Below, in pieces: positions 45,655-55,523 of a stretch of DNA of 64,000 nt; within the stretch, counting starts at the first letter, position 1, and each line of letters starts with the position of its first letter. This stretch comes from an uncultured Veillonellaceae bacterium (lineage in GTDB: Bacteria > Bacillota > Negativicutes > UBA1444), in contig CAZRLN010000002.1 in the NCBI GenBank assembly GCA_964601085.1, positions 48,207 through 112,206 on the forward strand. The letters are read 5' to 3'. Under the pieces are notes generated by a model. The model saw nothing but the letters and a program-made list of their open reading frames with translations, made no database searches and was not told the DNA's origin. The position numbers and the translations under genes were made by a program.

Positions 45655-46320
45655 CTATTTGCTTATTGAGAATAAACTGTTGATTAGTCCGAAAAGCATA
45701 AACGTTAAAAATGGGGCGAACAACCAACTTTGCGGGAAATAGTACACCATTGCGATTACGATCATCAACGTGATTATCACAGGCGCCCGCTTGATTTTTT
45801 CTCCGTGGCCTTTGAAGTCCGGATATTTCACTTTGCTGACCATCAGAAAGCCGACAAATACGACAAATCCGACGAACAGCCAGCCAGGTAACAGCTTCGG
45901 AATCATCGTGCCGGTCGCGACCAAGGCTCCGCCGCAGGGAATCGGCAATCCCATGAAATATCCCTTGACTGTTGAGACATTCACGTTAAAGCGCGCCAGC
46001 CGAAAAGCGCCGCAACAGGCAAAAAACGCTGCAACTGCGTAACCGATCCAGCCAAAGTCTTTTAAGGCGAACATGTATGCCATCGCCGCCGGGGCAACGC
46101 CAAAGGAACCCAGATCACACAAAGAATCCAGCTCTTTGCCAAACTCTCCGCTAACGCCAAAATAGCGGGCGGCTCGTCCGTCAAGACTGTCGGCCGCGAG
46201 GGCGGCAACCACAAAATACGCCGCAAACGTAAAATCTCCGTGAAAAACGGTCAGCACGGCAAATACGCCAAATACAAGGTTCATGGCTGTTAACGCATTG
46301 GGAATCCAGGCTTTGCTCAA
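45655..46320 (-). CDS. pssA: CDP-diacylglycerol--serine O-phosphatidyltransferase (CDP-alcohol phosphatidyltransferase family)
   Basis: Start TTG 46320 (SD GGGAGG 9 nt upstream); D-x2-DG-x2-AR...G-x3-D-x3-D motif. Confidence 0.8.
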   Translation of the reverse strand: MSKAWIPNALTAMNLVFGVFAVLTVFHGDFTFAAYFVVAALAADSLDGRAARYFGVSGEFGKELDSLCDLGSFGVAPAAMAYMFALKDFGWIGYAVAAFFACCGAFRLARFNVNVSTVKGYFMGLPIPCGGALVATGTMIPKLLPGWLFVGFVVFVGFLMVSKVKYPDFKGHGEKIKRAPVIITLMIVIAMVYYFPQSWLFAPFLTFMLFGLINSLFSISK

Positions 46321-46955
46321 GATGGAAGCCTCCCTATTATCGTTACCCCGGCCCGAACGCGCTGGCCTTTGTGAACCAGGATATCCACATTGTTCGGAAC
46401 GATAAGTTCCGTACAGGAACCGAACTTGATCATTCCATATAGTTGTCCTTGGGAAAGCTCCGTTCCCAATGTGACCCAGGAGACGATGCGTCGGGCCAGA
46501 ATGCCGGCGATTTGGGTAACCAGGATCCGGCAATGTTCGGATTCAATACCAATGGCGTGCCGCTCATTTTCCCAGGCCGCGATCGCCTTGTAGGCCGGTC
46601 GGAATCGTCCGCAGACATACTGTTGAAATTTGATCGTTCCCTCCATGGGGCTACGGTTGACATGCACGTCAAATGGAGAAAGGAAAATCGTAACTTTTTT
46701 TCCGTCCTCACCGAGATATTCATCATCATGGACCTCGGTGATGCTCATAACCTTTCCGTCAGCCGGAGAAAGCAAATGCGATGGATTATAGTCCACTCTT
46801 CGGGGAGGGTTGCGAAAAAAATAAGTAAAAAAACAGCATACAACGGCGGGCAATATCGCCCAATAAACGTTCACGACCGTCGCCACCAAGGCTGTGACGC
46901 AAATCATGATGCCGATAAAAGACCAGCCTTCTTTCACAATCGGGAAAGCCGTCAT
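46317..46955 (-). CDS. psd: phosphatidylserine decarboxylase proenzyme (short form)
   Basis: 212 aa; C-terminal GST cleavage motif region; SD GGAGG 7 nt upstream. Confidence 0.85.
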   Translation of the reverse strand: MTAFPIVKEGWSFIGIMICVTALVATVVNVYWAILPAVVCCFFTYFFRNPPRRVDYNPSHLLSPADGKVMSITEVHDDEYLGEDGKKVTIFLSPFDVHVNRSPMEGTIKFQQYVCGRFRPAYKAIAAWENERHAIGIESEHCRILVTQIAGILARRIVSWVTLGTELSQGQLYGMIKFGSCTELIVPNNVDILVHKGQRVRAGVTIIGRLPS

Positions 46956-46994
46956 CTATTCGCCTCCAACCTTTTCGTATTCGTTAAACAGCAG

Positions 46995-47020
46995 AATAAA
47001 AGCAAGTGTGGCCACTTGCT
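46995..47020 (-). terminator. hairpin with T-rich tail between tagA and psd (minus strand); weak terminator/attenuator
   Basis: AGCAAGTG-gcca-CACTTGCT followed by TTTATTCTGC on the minus strand. Confidence 0.4.
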
Positions 47021-47053
47021 CTTATCAATTTCACAATTATTATAAACCATTGG

Positions 47054-47797
47054 TCATCGGGTTGTCCATGAGGCCAGCAGAACTCTCAGGGCGAATTTTG
47101 GCAGAGCCAGCATGCGAATCAGTCGGCTGGGTTGGCGAATGAGACGATAGGACCATTCCAGCCCCGCTCTTTGCATCCAAACTGGCGCCCGTTTCACTTT
47201 TCCGGCCATGACGTCAAAAGTACCGCCGATCCCGATCGAGACCGGAACCTGAAGTTGGGCCAGATGTTCCCGCAGCCATTTTTCCTGCTTGGGGACGCCC
47301 AGTGCGCAAAGCAGAATATCTGGTCGGGTTTCCCGGACCATCTGTATGATCGTTCGATCCTCCGATGCAAAATATCCATCATGGATTCCCACCGTGATCA
47401 ATCCCGGATAACGCCGCGACGCATTTTGCGCCGCCGTTTCGGCGATTCCCGGCGCGGCGCCCAACCAAAAAATTCGGTACCCTGAAATGGCGGCCCGCGC
47501 CAGCAGTTCCTGTGTCAAGTCGAACCCGGCCACACGTTCCGGCACTCCCGTACCCAAACGTTTCGCAGCCCAAACGACCCCTGCTCCGTCAGCCAGAACC
47601 AAGTCGGCGGAATTGAGGATACCGGACAAGAGTTGGTCTTCTTGCGCCAGCATTACCATTTCCGCATTCGCAGTCGCTACCAGACGGGGCTGGCGTTCGC
47701 ATATAAAGGTTTCGACCTGGTTAAGGGCCTCGGCCATTGTTATGGCATCAACCCTGATTCCCAGAATATTTACCTGAACCCTGTTCATGCTTGACAA
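47054..47797 (-). CDS. tagA: WecB/TagA/CpsF-family glycosyltransferase (N-acetylmannosaminyltransferase-like)
   Basis: 247 aa full-length match. Confidence 0.85.
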   Translation of the reverse strand: MSSMNRVQVNILGIRVDAITMAEALNQVETFICERQPRLVATANAEMVMLAQEDQLLSGILNSADLVLADGAGVVWAAKRLGTGVPERVAGFDLTQELLARAAISGYRIFWLGAAPGIAETAAQNASRRYPGLITVGIHDGYFASEDRTIIQMVRETRPDILLCALGVPKQEKWLREHLAQLQVPVSIGIGGTFDVMAGKVKRAPVWMQRAGLEWSYRLIRQPSRLIRMLALPKFALRVLLASWTTR

Positions 47798-47805
47798 TAT
47801 CCTGA

Positions 47806-49278
<1,473 letters not shown>

Positions 49279-49303
49279 TTATTTTAAATAGTATATCACA
49301 ACA

Positions 49304-49335
49304 AAATTCCGGTATCTAGGGAAATGCCGGAATTT
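49304..49335. repeat. 9-bp inverted repeat AAATTCCGG-(14 nt)-CCGGAATTT in the guaB/ppx divergent intergenic region
   Basis: Read directly; function unknown (operator or RNA structure). Confidence 0.5.
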
Positions 49336-49386
49336 TACCAAGGAATATTTACGGGTTAACGCAAACTTAACGTTTTGGGCAAGGGT

Positions 49387-49414
49387 TTGCTTCAAAACCG
49401 TCGAATTATACAAT
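49387..49414 (+). promoter_or_regulatory. candidate sigma-A promoter TTGCTT-16-TACAAT for ppx
   Basis: tttgcttcaaaaccgtcgaattatacaatatt, 25 nt before the ppx SD. Confidence 0.5.
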
Positions 49415-49438
49415 ATTAGGGTAAGGAGGCTGACGCAT

Positions 49439-51007
49439 TTGGCCAAAAAAAACACCCCCCGTTTATTTGCGATCATTCATATCGGCTCCGAGCAGATTAC
49501 CTTCCAAATTAGCGAGTTTTCCGATTTGAGCGATCTGCATGTCATCGAACGAACGTCCCGGGAAGTTTTTTTAGGGGAAGAAACCTTTAAAACCGGTCGG
49601 ATCAGCTTTACCACATCTGGACAGTTGTGTTCATTGCTGCGCAGTTATAAGCGTTTGATGACCGAATACGGCGTGAAGGATTATCGGGTGATCGCCACGA
49701 CAGCCTTGCGTGAAGCCGAAAATCAGCATTACATTGTCGATCAGATCCGGATCCGAACCGGATTTGAACTGGAAGTCGTCGACATGTTGCAGGAAATTTT
49801 CTTCAAGTATGCCGCGCTCTATCACATGATTCGCAAACATCGGATCGAACGATCCGACGAAGCTCTTCTGTTTGTGGACATTTCTTCCGGTGGACTGGGC
49901 TTTACGCTGCTCAAGAACGGAGTCATTCACTATCAGCAAAATATCCATATCGGTGCGGTCAGAATCAAAGAAAGCTTTGACAAGAACGAAAGGGATTCGA
50001 TTCATTTTCACCAGGCATTGTCCGAGTATATATATAGTTCGATAGAATCGGTAAAATCCGGACTGTCCCAACACTCCATCAAATACATCGTGACTTCAGG
50101 AAATGAAAATCATCTGCTACTCCAAATGCTGGGCCGTGGCGCCGCCGATGGACTGACCTGTGTAAGCCGCCGGGAGTTTCAGTCCCTTTACGAGAATGTT
50201 CAGAGTCTGAATCTTCCCCAACTGATGAAAACTTATCGGTTGAGCGAAAATAAAGCGGAGATGGCTTTACCGACCATCGTTCTCTATAGTCAAATCTTAT
50301 CCATTACCAACGCGCCGGAAATCATTTTCCCCGACGCGCAGTTGGTTGACGGGGTTACGTTGTTGCATGCGGCGGAAAAGGTTGATGATTCGCTAATTGC
50401 CATGTTGGAGCAGCAAGTCTTGTCACTCGTTCGCAATATTGGCGCAAAATATTGCTATGAACGCCCCCATTCCGAAGCCGTGGAAGAAGGATCACTGAAA
50501 ATTTTTGACGCCATGGCATCCCTGCACGGCATGCAGCGACGCGACCGGTTGCTGTTACAGGTGGCGGCGATACTCCATGACATCGGTAAATTCGTAAATT
50601 TGCGACGACATTACTTTTATTCTTACCGCCTCATCCTGTCATCTGACATTATCGGGTTTTCTGAACAAGAAAAGGCTATGATCGCCAATATCGCCCATTA
50701 TCATTCCAAAGGAACCCCCTCGGACATGGATTCGAACTTTGCCCGTCTTGGCAAGGAAGAAAAAGTCAAAGTGGCCAAATTAGCCTCCATGATTCGGCTA
50801 GCCGACGCGATTGACCGAAGTCACAGGCAAAAAGCATCTTCCTACGAAATACGACTGCATGGCGATAATTTGGAAGTGATCGTATTGCCGTTGGAGGATT
50901 TTTCCCTGGAACAATGGACCTTTGACGACAAGGCCGATTTTTTCGAGCATGTTCACGGCGTCAAACCGGTTCTGATCCTTAAATCTGGAGGCGCGTATGG
51001 AGTTTAA
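49439..51007 (+). CDS. ppx: Ppx/GppA-family exopolyphosphatase with C-terminal HD domain
   Basis: 522 aa; TTG start with SD AAGGAGG 9 nt upstream; actin-like ATPase fold N-terminus; HD motif ILHDIGKF. Confidence 0.85.
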   Translation: MAKKNTPRLFAIIHIGSEQITFQISEFSDLSDLHVIERTSREVFLGEETFKTGRISFTTSGQLCSLLRSYKRLMTEYGVKDYRVIATTALREAENQHYIVDQIRIRTGFELEVVDMLQEIFFKYAALYHMIRKHRIERSDEALLFVDISSGGLGFTLLKNGVIHYQQNIHIGAVRIKESFDKNERDSIHFHQALSEYIYSSIESVKSGLSQHSIKYIVTSGNENHLLLQMLGRGAADGLTCVSRREFQSLYENVQSLNLPQLMKTYRLSENKAEMALPTIVLYSQILSITNAPEIIFPDAQLVDGVTLLHAAEKVDDSLIAMLEQQVLSLVRNIGAKYCYERPHSEAVEEGSLKIFDAMASLHGMQRRDRLLLQVAAILHDIGKFVNLRRHYFYSYRLILSSDIIGFSEQEKAMIANIAHYHSKGTPSDMDSNFARLGKEEKVKVAKLASMIRLADAIDRSHRQKASSYEIRLHGDNLEVIVLPLEDFSLEQWTFDDKADFFEHVHGVKPVLILKSGGAYGV

Positions 51008-53102
51008 CAAACCGGAATATTATCTGAATCGGGAATTAAGTTGGTTGAAATTTAACGAACGGGTTCTGGGCGAAGCGTCGATCCCCGTCACTCCCCTGCT
51101 GGAACGCTTGAAGTTTATCGCCATTGCCTGTTCCAACCTGGATGAGTTTTTCATGGTGCGAGTCGGCACGTTGAAAAACCAACAGGAAGAATCCCCGGAC
51201 TGGCTTGACGCCGCAGGGATGTCCCCGGCCCAGCAACTTTCGGAAATTGCCAAATCCACGCATAAACAGGTAAAGCAGCAATATCGCCTGCTCAAAGAAT
51301 TGCGGCGAAAATTGGAATCCGAGCAAATTGTGTTTTTTAACGCCGAAAATTTGTCACCCATTTCCGCCGAGTGGATCCGCAAATATTTCGAGAGCACGAT
51401 TGCGCCGGTATTAACTCCATTGGCAGTCGATGCCAGCCACCCTTTCCCGTTTTTATCGAATCGAAGCCTGAACCTTGGCGTAACACTACTGGACAAAACG
51501 GGAGAGGCAAATATTGCCGTGATCCAGGTTCCCAGCGTTTTGCCCCGACTGTTGGAAATCCCGATAGAAAAAGGTAAACGGTGCTTTGTCTTTTTGGAGG
51601 ATGTAATCCGCCTATATTGCCGGAAACTTTTTCACGGGTATAAAATTAAAAACATCGTACCCTTTCGGATCACCCGAAATGCCGATTTTCTCATTGATGA
51701 AGAAGAAGCGGATGATCTGCTGCTGGAGGTTGAGCGATCTCTGCGTCAACGCAAGCGCGGGCGGGCGGTTCGTCTGGAGATCGGCGCCGTTGATAACAAA
51801 TCTCTGAAGAAGTTTTTGCTTGCCGAACTTCGGATATCCGAGGATGATTTGTATGAAATCCATGGTCCGCTGGATTTGACCTGCTTTAATAAATTCGCCG
51901 ACATCGCCGGCCTGGATCATTTGCGGCAGGCGCCGTTGCAGCCCCAGCGTCCTTTGGATTTGTTATACCGGGATAATCTGTTCGATGCAATTCGGGAACG
52001 GGATCTATTGTTGCATCATCCGTATGAATCGTTTCGTCCGGTTGTCGAATTCGTCCGGCAGGCGGCGGAGGATCCGGATGTTCTGGCGATTAAGCAAACC
52101 TTATATCGTGTCAGTGGCAACTCCCCCATTGTCCGGGCGCTGGCCCAGGCGGCGGAGAACGGCAAACAGGTTACGGTCGTGGTCGAAATCATGGCGCGAT
52201 TCGATGAAGAAAACAACATTTTATGGGCTCGTCGGTTGGAAGAGGCCGGATGCCACGTGATTTACGGTCTGGTTGGGTTGAAAACGCATGCGAAAATGTG
52301 TCTCGTCGTCCGTCGTGAAAACAGTGGAATCCGCCGCTATGTTCACATGGGAACCGGCAACTATAATGACGCAACCGCCCGTGTATATACCGATATGGGT
52401 CTTTTTACCGCCAATGACCAGTTTGGCGCCGATGCCTCTGGGTTTTTCAATGTTCTCACCGGCTATTCCGATCCACCGGTCTGGAATAAGATTTCTGTGG
52501 CCCCGCTGGGCCTACGGGACCGGATCGTTGAACTTATCGACCAGGAAATCCAATTTGCCAGGGAAGGAAAACCGGCCCGGATCATTGCCAAGATGAATTC
52601 TCTCGTGGACAAGGATATTATTGCCCAATTGTACGAGGCCTCCGCCGCCGGCGTCAGAATCGATCTGATTGTCAGGGGAATTTGCGTTCTGCGTCCTGGT
52701 CTGCCCGGCGTCAGCGCCAACATTTTGGTCCGAAGTATCGTTGGTCGTTTTCTTGAACACAGCCGCATCTTCTATTTTAACGGCGGCGGCGAAGAAAAAT
52801 GTTTTCTGTCGAGCGCGGATTGGATGCCGCGTAATCTGAACAGTCGCGTGGAGTTGTTTTTTCCGGTGGAAACCGAAGTGCACCGTAAGCGTATTCTGGG
52901 AGTATTGGAACTCCTTCTCACCGACAATCAAAAAGCGTACGAAATGCGAGAGGATGGCTCCTATCGACGCCGGAAGCTCAGTGGAAAACCTAAAATCGGC
53001 GCGCAGGATGAATTGCTTCGTCAAGCCCGCGACAATGCCGTTGATGCCACGCCGGCAACCTGGCAGGTTGTACCGCTTAACAAAACCCTGGAACAACGAT
53101 AA
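50997..53102 (+). CDS. ppk: polyphosphate kinase 1
   Basis: 701 aa; full-length PPK1 with PLD-like domains and catalytic His region. Confidence 0.93.
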   Translation: MEFNKPEYYLNRELSWLKFNERVLGEASIPVTPLLERLKFIAIACSNLDEFFMVRVGTLKNQQEESPDWLDAAGMSPAQQLSEIAKSTHKQVKQQYRLLKELRRKLESEQIVFFNAENLSPISAEWIRKYFESTIAPVLTPLAVDASHPFPFLSNRSLNLGVTLLDKTGEANIAVIQVPSVLPRLLEIPIEKGKRCFVFLEDVIRLYCRKLFHGYKIKNIVPFRITRNADFLIDEEEADDLLLEVERSLRQRKRGRAVRLEIGAVDNKSLKKFLLAELRISEDDLYEIHGPLDLTCFNKFADIAGLDHLRQAPLQPQRPLDLLYRDNLFDAIRERDLLLHHPYESFRPVVEFVRQAAEDPDVLAIKQTLYRVSGNSPIVRALAQAAENGKQVTVVVEIMARFDEENNILWARRLEEAGCHVIYGLVGLKTHAKMCLVVRRENSGIRRYVHMGTGNYNDATARVYTDMGLFTANDQFGADASGFFNVLTGYSDPPVWNKISVAPLGLRDRIVELIDQEIQFAREGKPARIIAKMNSLVDKDIIAQLYEASAAGVRIDLIVRGICVLRPGLPGVSANILVRSIVGRFLEHSRIFYFNGGGEEKCFLSSADWMPRNLNSRVELFFPVETEVHRKRILGVLELLLTDNQKAYEMREDGSYRRRKLSGKPKIGAQDELLRQARDNAVDATPATWQVVPLNKTLEQR

Positions 53103-53117
53103 GGCAGGTGAATTTTT

Positions 53118-53633
53118 ATGGAACTGGTTTTTATGCGCCACGGCAAGGCCGAGCCGCGTTCGGATGCGAAACCGGATTATGAACGAGAGTTGACATCGAT
53201 CGGCCGTAAAAAAGTGAAACAGGCGGCGCGCGGATTGGCGCACTGCCTGTATTACGGTCGCAATATCATTATTTGGTCCAGTCCGGTCAAAAGAGCCATT
53301 CAAACCGCCGATCTACTGCGCAGCGCTTTCGGCAGAAAAAACAAGATTCAGGTCATAGATGCCATTGCCAACGGAGATTTTGCGGAATTACAGACCGAGT
53401 GGGAAAAAATCTCCAATCAGGATGTGTTGATTGTCGTCGGGCATGAGCCGTTACTTAGTGAATGGACGAAAAAACTTAGCGACGCCAGCCTGACATTTCG
53501 TCCGGCCAGTGCAACGGCCATTCTGCTTGCAGACCCAGCTCAACCGAAAGGGTCACTTGCATGGTTCATGCGTTCCAGCATCTTGGCGCGTCTTTGCCCC
53601 CCGGTTTGTCCGCATCGCCGCCAACGTTCGTAA
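53118..53633 (+). CDS. sixA: phosphohistidine phosphatase SixA-like (histidine phosphatase superfamily)
   Basis: MELVFMRHGKAE (RHG motif), an HEP motif, and C-terminal similarity to E. coli SixA. The 3' end overlaps the convergent CHAD gene by about 80 nt. Confidence 0.7.
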   Translation: MELVFMRHGKAEPRSDAKPDYERELTSIGRKKVKQAARGLAHCLYYGRNIIIWSSPVKRAIQTADLLRSAFGRKNKIQVIDAIANGDFAELQTEWEKISNQDVLIVVGHEPLLSEWTKKLSDASLTFRPASATAILLADPAQPKGSLAWFMRSSILARLCPPVCPHRRQRS

Positions 53634-55163
53634 ACGTTGTTTGGCCGATTGACGGAAGGTCACCACCGCTTTGGGAAGCTCGTCGTAATAACTCAAAAGA
53701 TCACGTGTACGCCAACTGATAAAAAGTTCTTTTTCCAATCGCAAAACATCATTTTCACCGCCTGCATCGAATTGATCGAGCAGGCATTTAATTTGGGCGG
53801 CATCGTGGATTTTGCCCATTTGTCCCTGCAACTTTTTCAATGCGGCGCAGAATTCGTCATCATGATATCGAGGGTAGAAATTGAATGACTCCTGAATATA
53901 ACGTAGTCTTTTGACGCGGATACGAAATCGATGCAGCACCTTGATGGGTTCCAGACTTCTCAGCTCCTGCACATCTTCCCTCAGCTCCTTGATCGTCTGA
54001 AAAAATGACTTTTGCACATAATGATCCGCCCAATGATCTTCCCGACCGGATTGCTGTTGTTCTTCCATCTGATACAACCATCCTTGAATCTCCAGCAGGA
54101 GTTGTGTCAGGTTGCCCAGGCGCAGGCGGTGAAATACATCTTCCGCCAAGAATTCTCGTCGTTCCCGAACGGGGTCCAACCACGATGAGGATGTCGAGAC
54201 AATCGGCTGAAACCGGATCGTGAATTTTTCCCACGAATTGATCAGTACATCGAGATCACGAATTTGGCCCAACAATACCCCCCACTGTTGCAGACGTTCT
54301 GAATACATATGAAATGATTCTTTGACAAAGCAGGGTTGAAAAAATTTCAAGAGAGATCGCAAACGCCGGAATTGAATCCGCAGAGCCTTAATATTTTCCG
54401 GTGTGGACATTGCATTGGACAGGTCGGATTGAAGCAGAAACAATTCCTTCATTTGGGCATTCAGCAAGACCATCGGTGTTGGTTCCGGCATTCTTTCGGG
54501 AATGATTTGATTACAAATCTCTTTTAGTTCGGGATTGCTGGTTTGCAACAATTCCAGACCGCGGGCAAACTTGCTTTTTATTTCCGGCAACAAATGCCAG
54601 CGCCCGGCGATCCGGGCCGCCAATTTCATCAATTCGCTTGGCGAGCCTTCTTTCAGTTCCAGCTCCAATTCACTAATCGGAATTCCGGCCAGCCCACTCC
54701 ATATTGAACCCTTATCCAGCGCCATCTCGATGGTGGCGCCGCCGTCAGTCAGCAAACACGCCGTCGTTCGTGAGAACCGGGTGGAAAATAGCAATTTCAA
54801 CTTTTCCGCGCCAAGGATCAGCGCAAGGCGGTCACCCACATTGGTTCCGGCGAACGGCTTGGGCGACGGCTCCGGTCCGGCGACCTTTTCATTCCATTCT
54901 TCCCGTTCCGAAAGACCACCGCTACTCAACAGATCGCTTTTCACCGTGGCGACCCAATCCTGCCCTTCGTGGCGGATGCGGTAGGCATACCCGGTCTTTT
55001 GCAGCAAAAATTGCGGTGTATCATAATAAAAAGCTTCAAAAGCGCGAACAACAGGTTTTTGCTCCTGCATCATCGCCACAATTTCCGGATCATTCAAAAT
55101 CAGGTCAAAGAATCGATGCTCCGGTATCGCCAGTTTAATTTCCAATTCCGATCCGTCGGGCAT
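53553..55163 (-). CDS. CYTH (triphosphate tunnel metalloenzyme) plus CHAD domain protein, polyphosphate-associated
   Basis: 536 aa; N-terminal ELEIKLAIPE (the CYTH ExExK motif), C-terminal helical CHAD; SD AGGAGG 8 nt upstream. Confidence 0.8.
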   Translation of the reverse strand: MPDGSELEIKLAIPEHRFFDLILNDPEIVAMMQEQKPVVRAFEAFYYDTPQFLLQKTGYAYRIRHEGQDWVATVKSDLLSSGGLSEREEWNEKVAGPEPSPKPFAGTNVGDRLALILGAEKLKLLFSTRFSRTTACLLTDGGATIEMALDKGSIWSGLAGIPISELELELKEGSPSELMKLAARIAGRWHLLPEIKSKFARGLELLQTSNPELKEICNQIIPERMPEPTPMVLLNAQMKELFLLQSDLSNAMSTPENIKALRIQFRRLRSLLKFFQPCFVKESFHMYSERLQQWGVLLGQIRDLDVLINSWEKFTIRFQPIVSTSSSWLDPVRERREFLAEDVFHRLRLGNLTQLLLEIQGWLYQMEEQQQSGREDHWADHYVQKSFFQTIKELREDVQELRSLEPIKVLHRFRIRVKRLRYIQESFNFYPRYHDDEFCAALKKLQGQMGKIHDAAQIKCLLDQFDAGGENDVLRLEKELFISWRTRDLLSYYDELPKAVVTFRQSAKQRLRTLAAMRTNRGAKTRQDAGTHEPCK

Positions 55164-55185
55164 ATCTTCAACCTCCTAAAATCCG

Positions 55186-55209
55186 CAGGGGACCGATATC
55201 GGTCCCCTG
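55186..55209 (-). terminator. perfect 24-nt palindrome (GC-rich 10-12 bp stem) after the 4-OT gene, followed by GGAUUUUAGGAGG that includes the SD of the CHAD gene
   Basis: CAGGGGACCGATATCGGTCCCCTG read directly. Confidence 0.5.
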
Positions 55210-55261
55210 TTGGTCTCTTCTCCCTGTCCGTCACGTCAATGAGTTTTCCCACGGTGAAGGC

Positions 55262-55447
55262 CTAAGCGTCGGAACGTAGCTTGCCGCCTTTACCCAGATG
55301 TGTGGGAGGCATTTCGCGAATGATGATGGTCACTGCATCGGCAGGACACTTGGCGGTCTCCTGGATTGCTTCGGTGACTTTGGCGACCATGGCGCGTTTT
55401 TGTTCCACTGTCCGTCCTTCCAGCAAATCAATCTGAACGATGGGCAT
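55262..55447 (-). CDS. 4-oxalocrotonate tautomerase family enzyme
   Basis: 61 aa; catalytic Pro1 (MPIVQIDLLEGR); SD GGAGGAACC. Confidence 0.8.
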   Translation of the reverse strand: MPIVQIDLLEGRTVEQKRAMVAKVTEAIQETAKCPADAVTIIIREMPPTHLGKGGKLRSDA

Positions 55448-55523
55448 GGGGGTTCCTCCTTCAAATGAAATAATTACTGGGGTGTTTAATAGTTTATTAT
55501 TCTGCGCAGTTGTCTATATCCCT

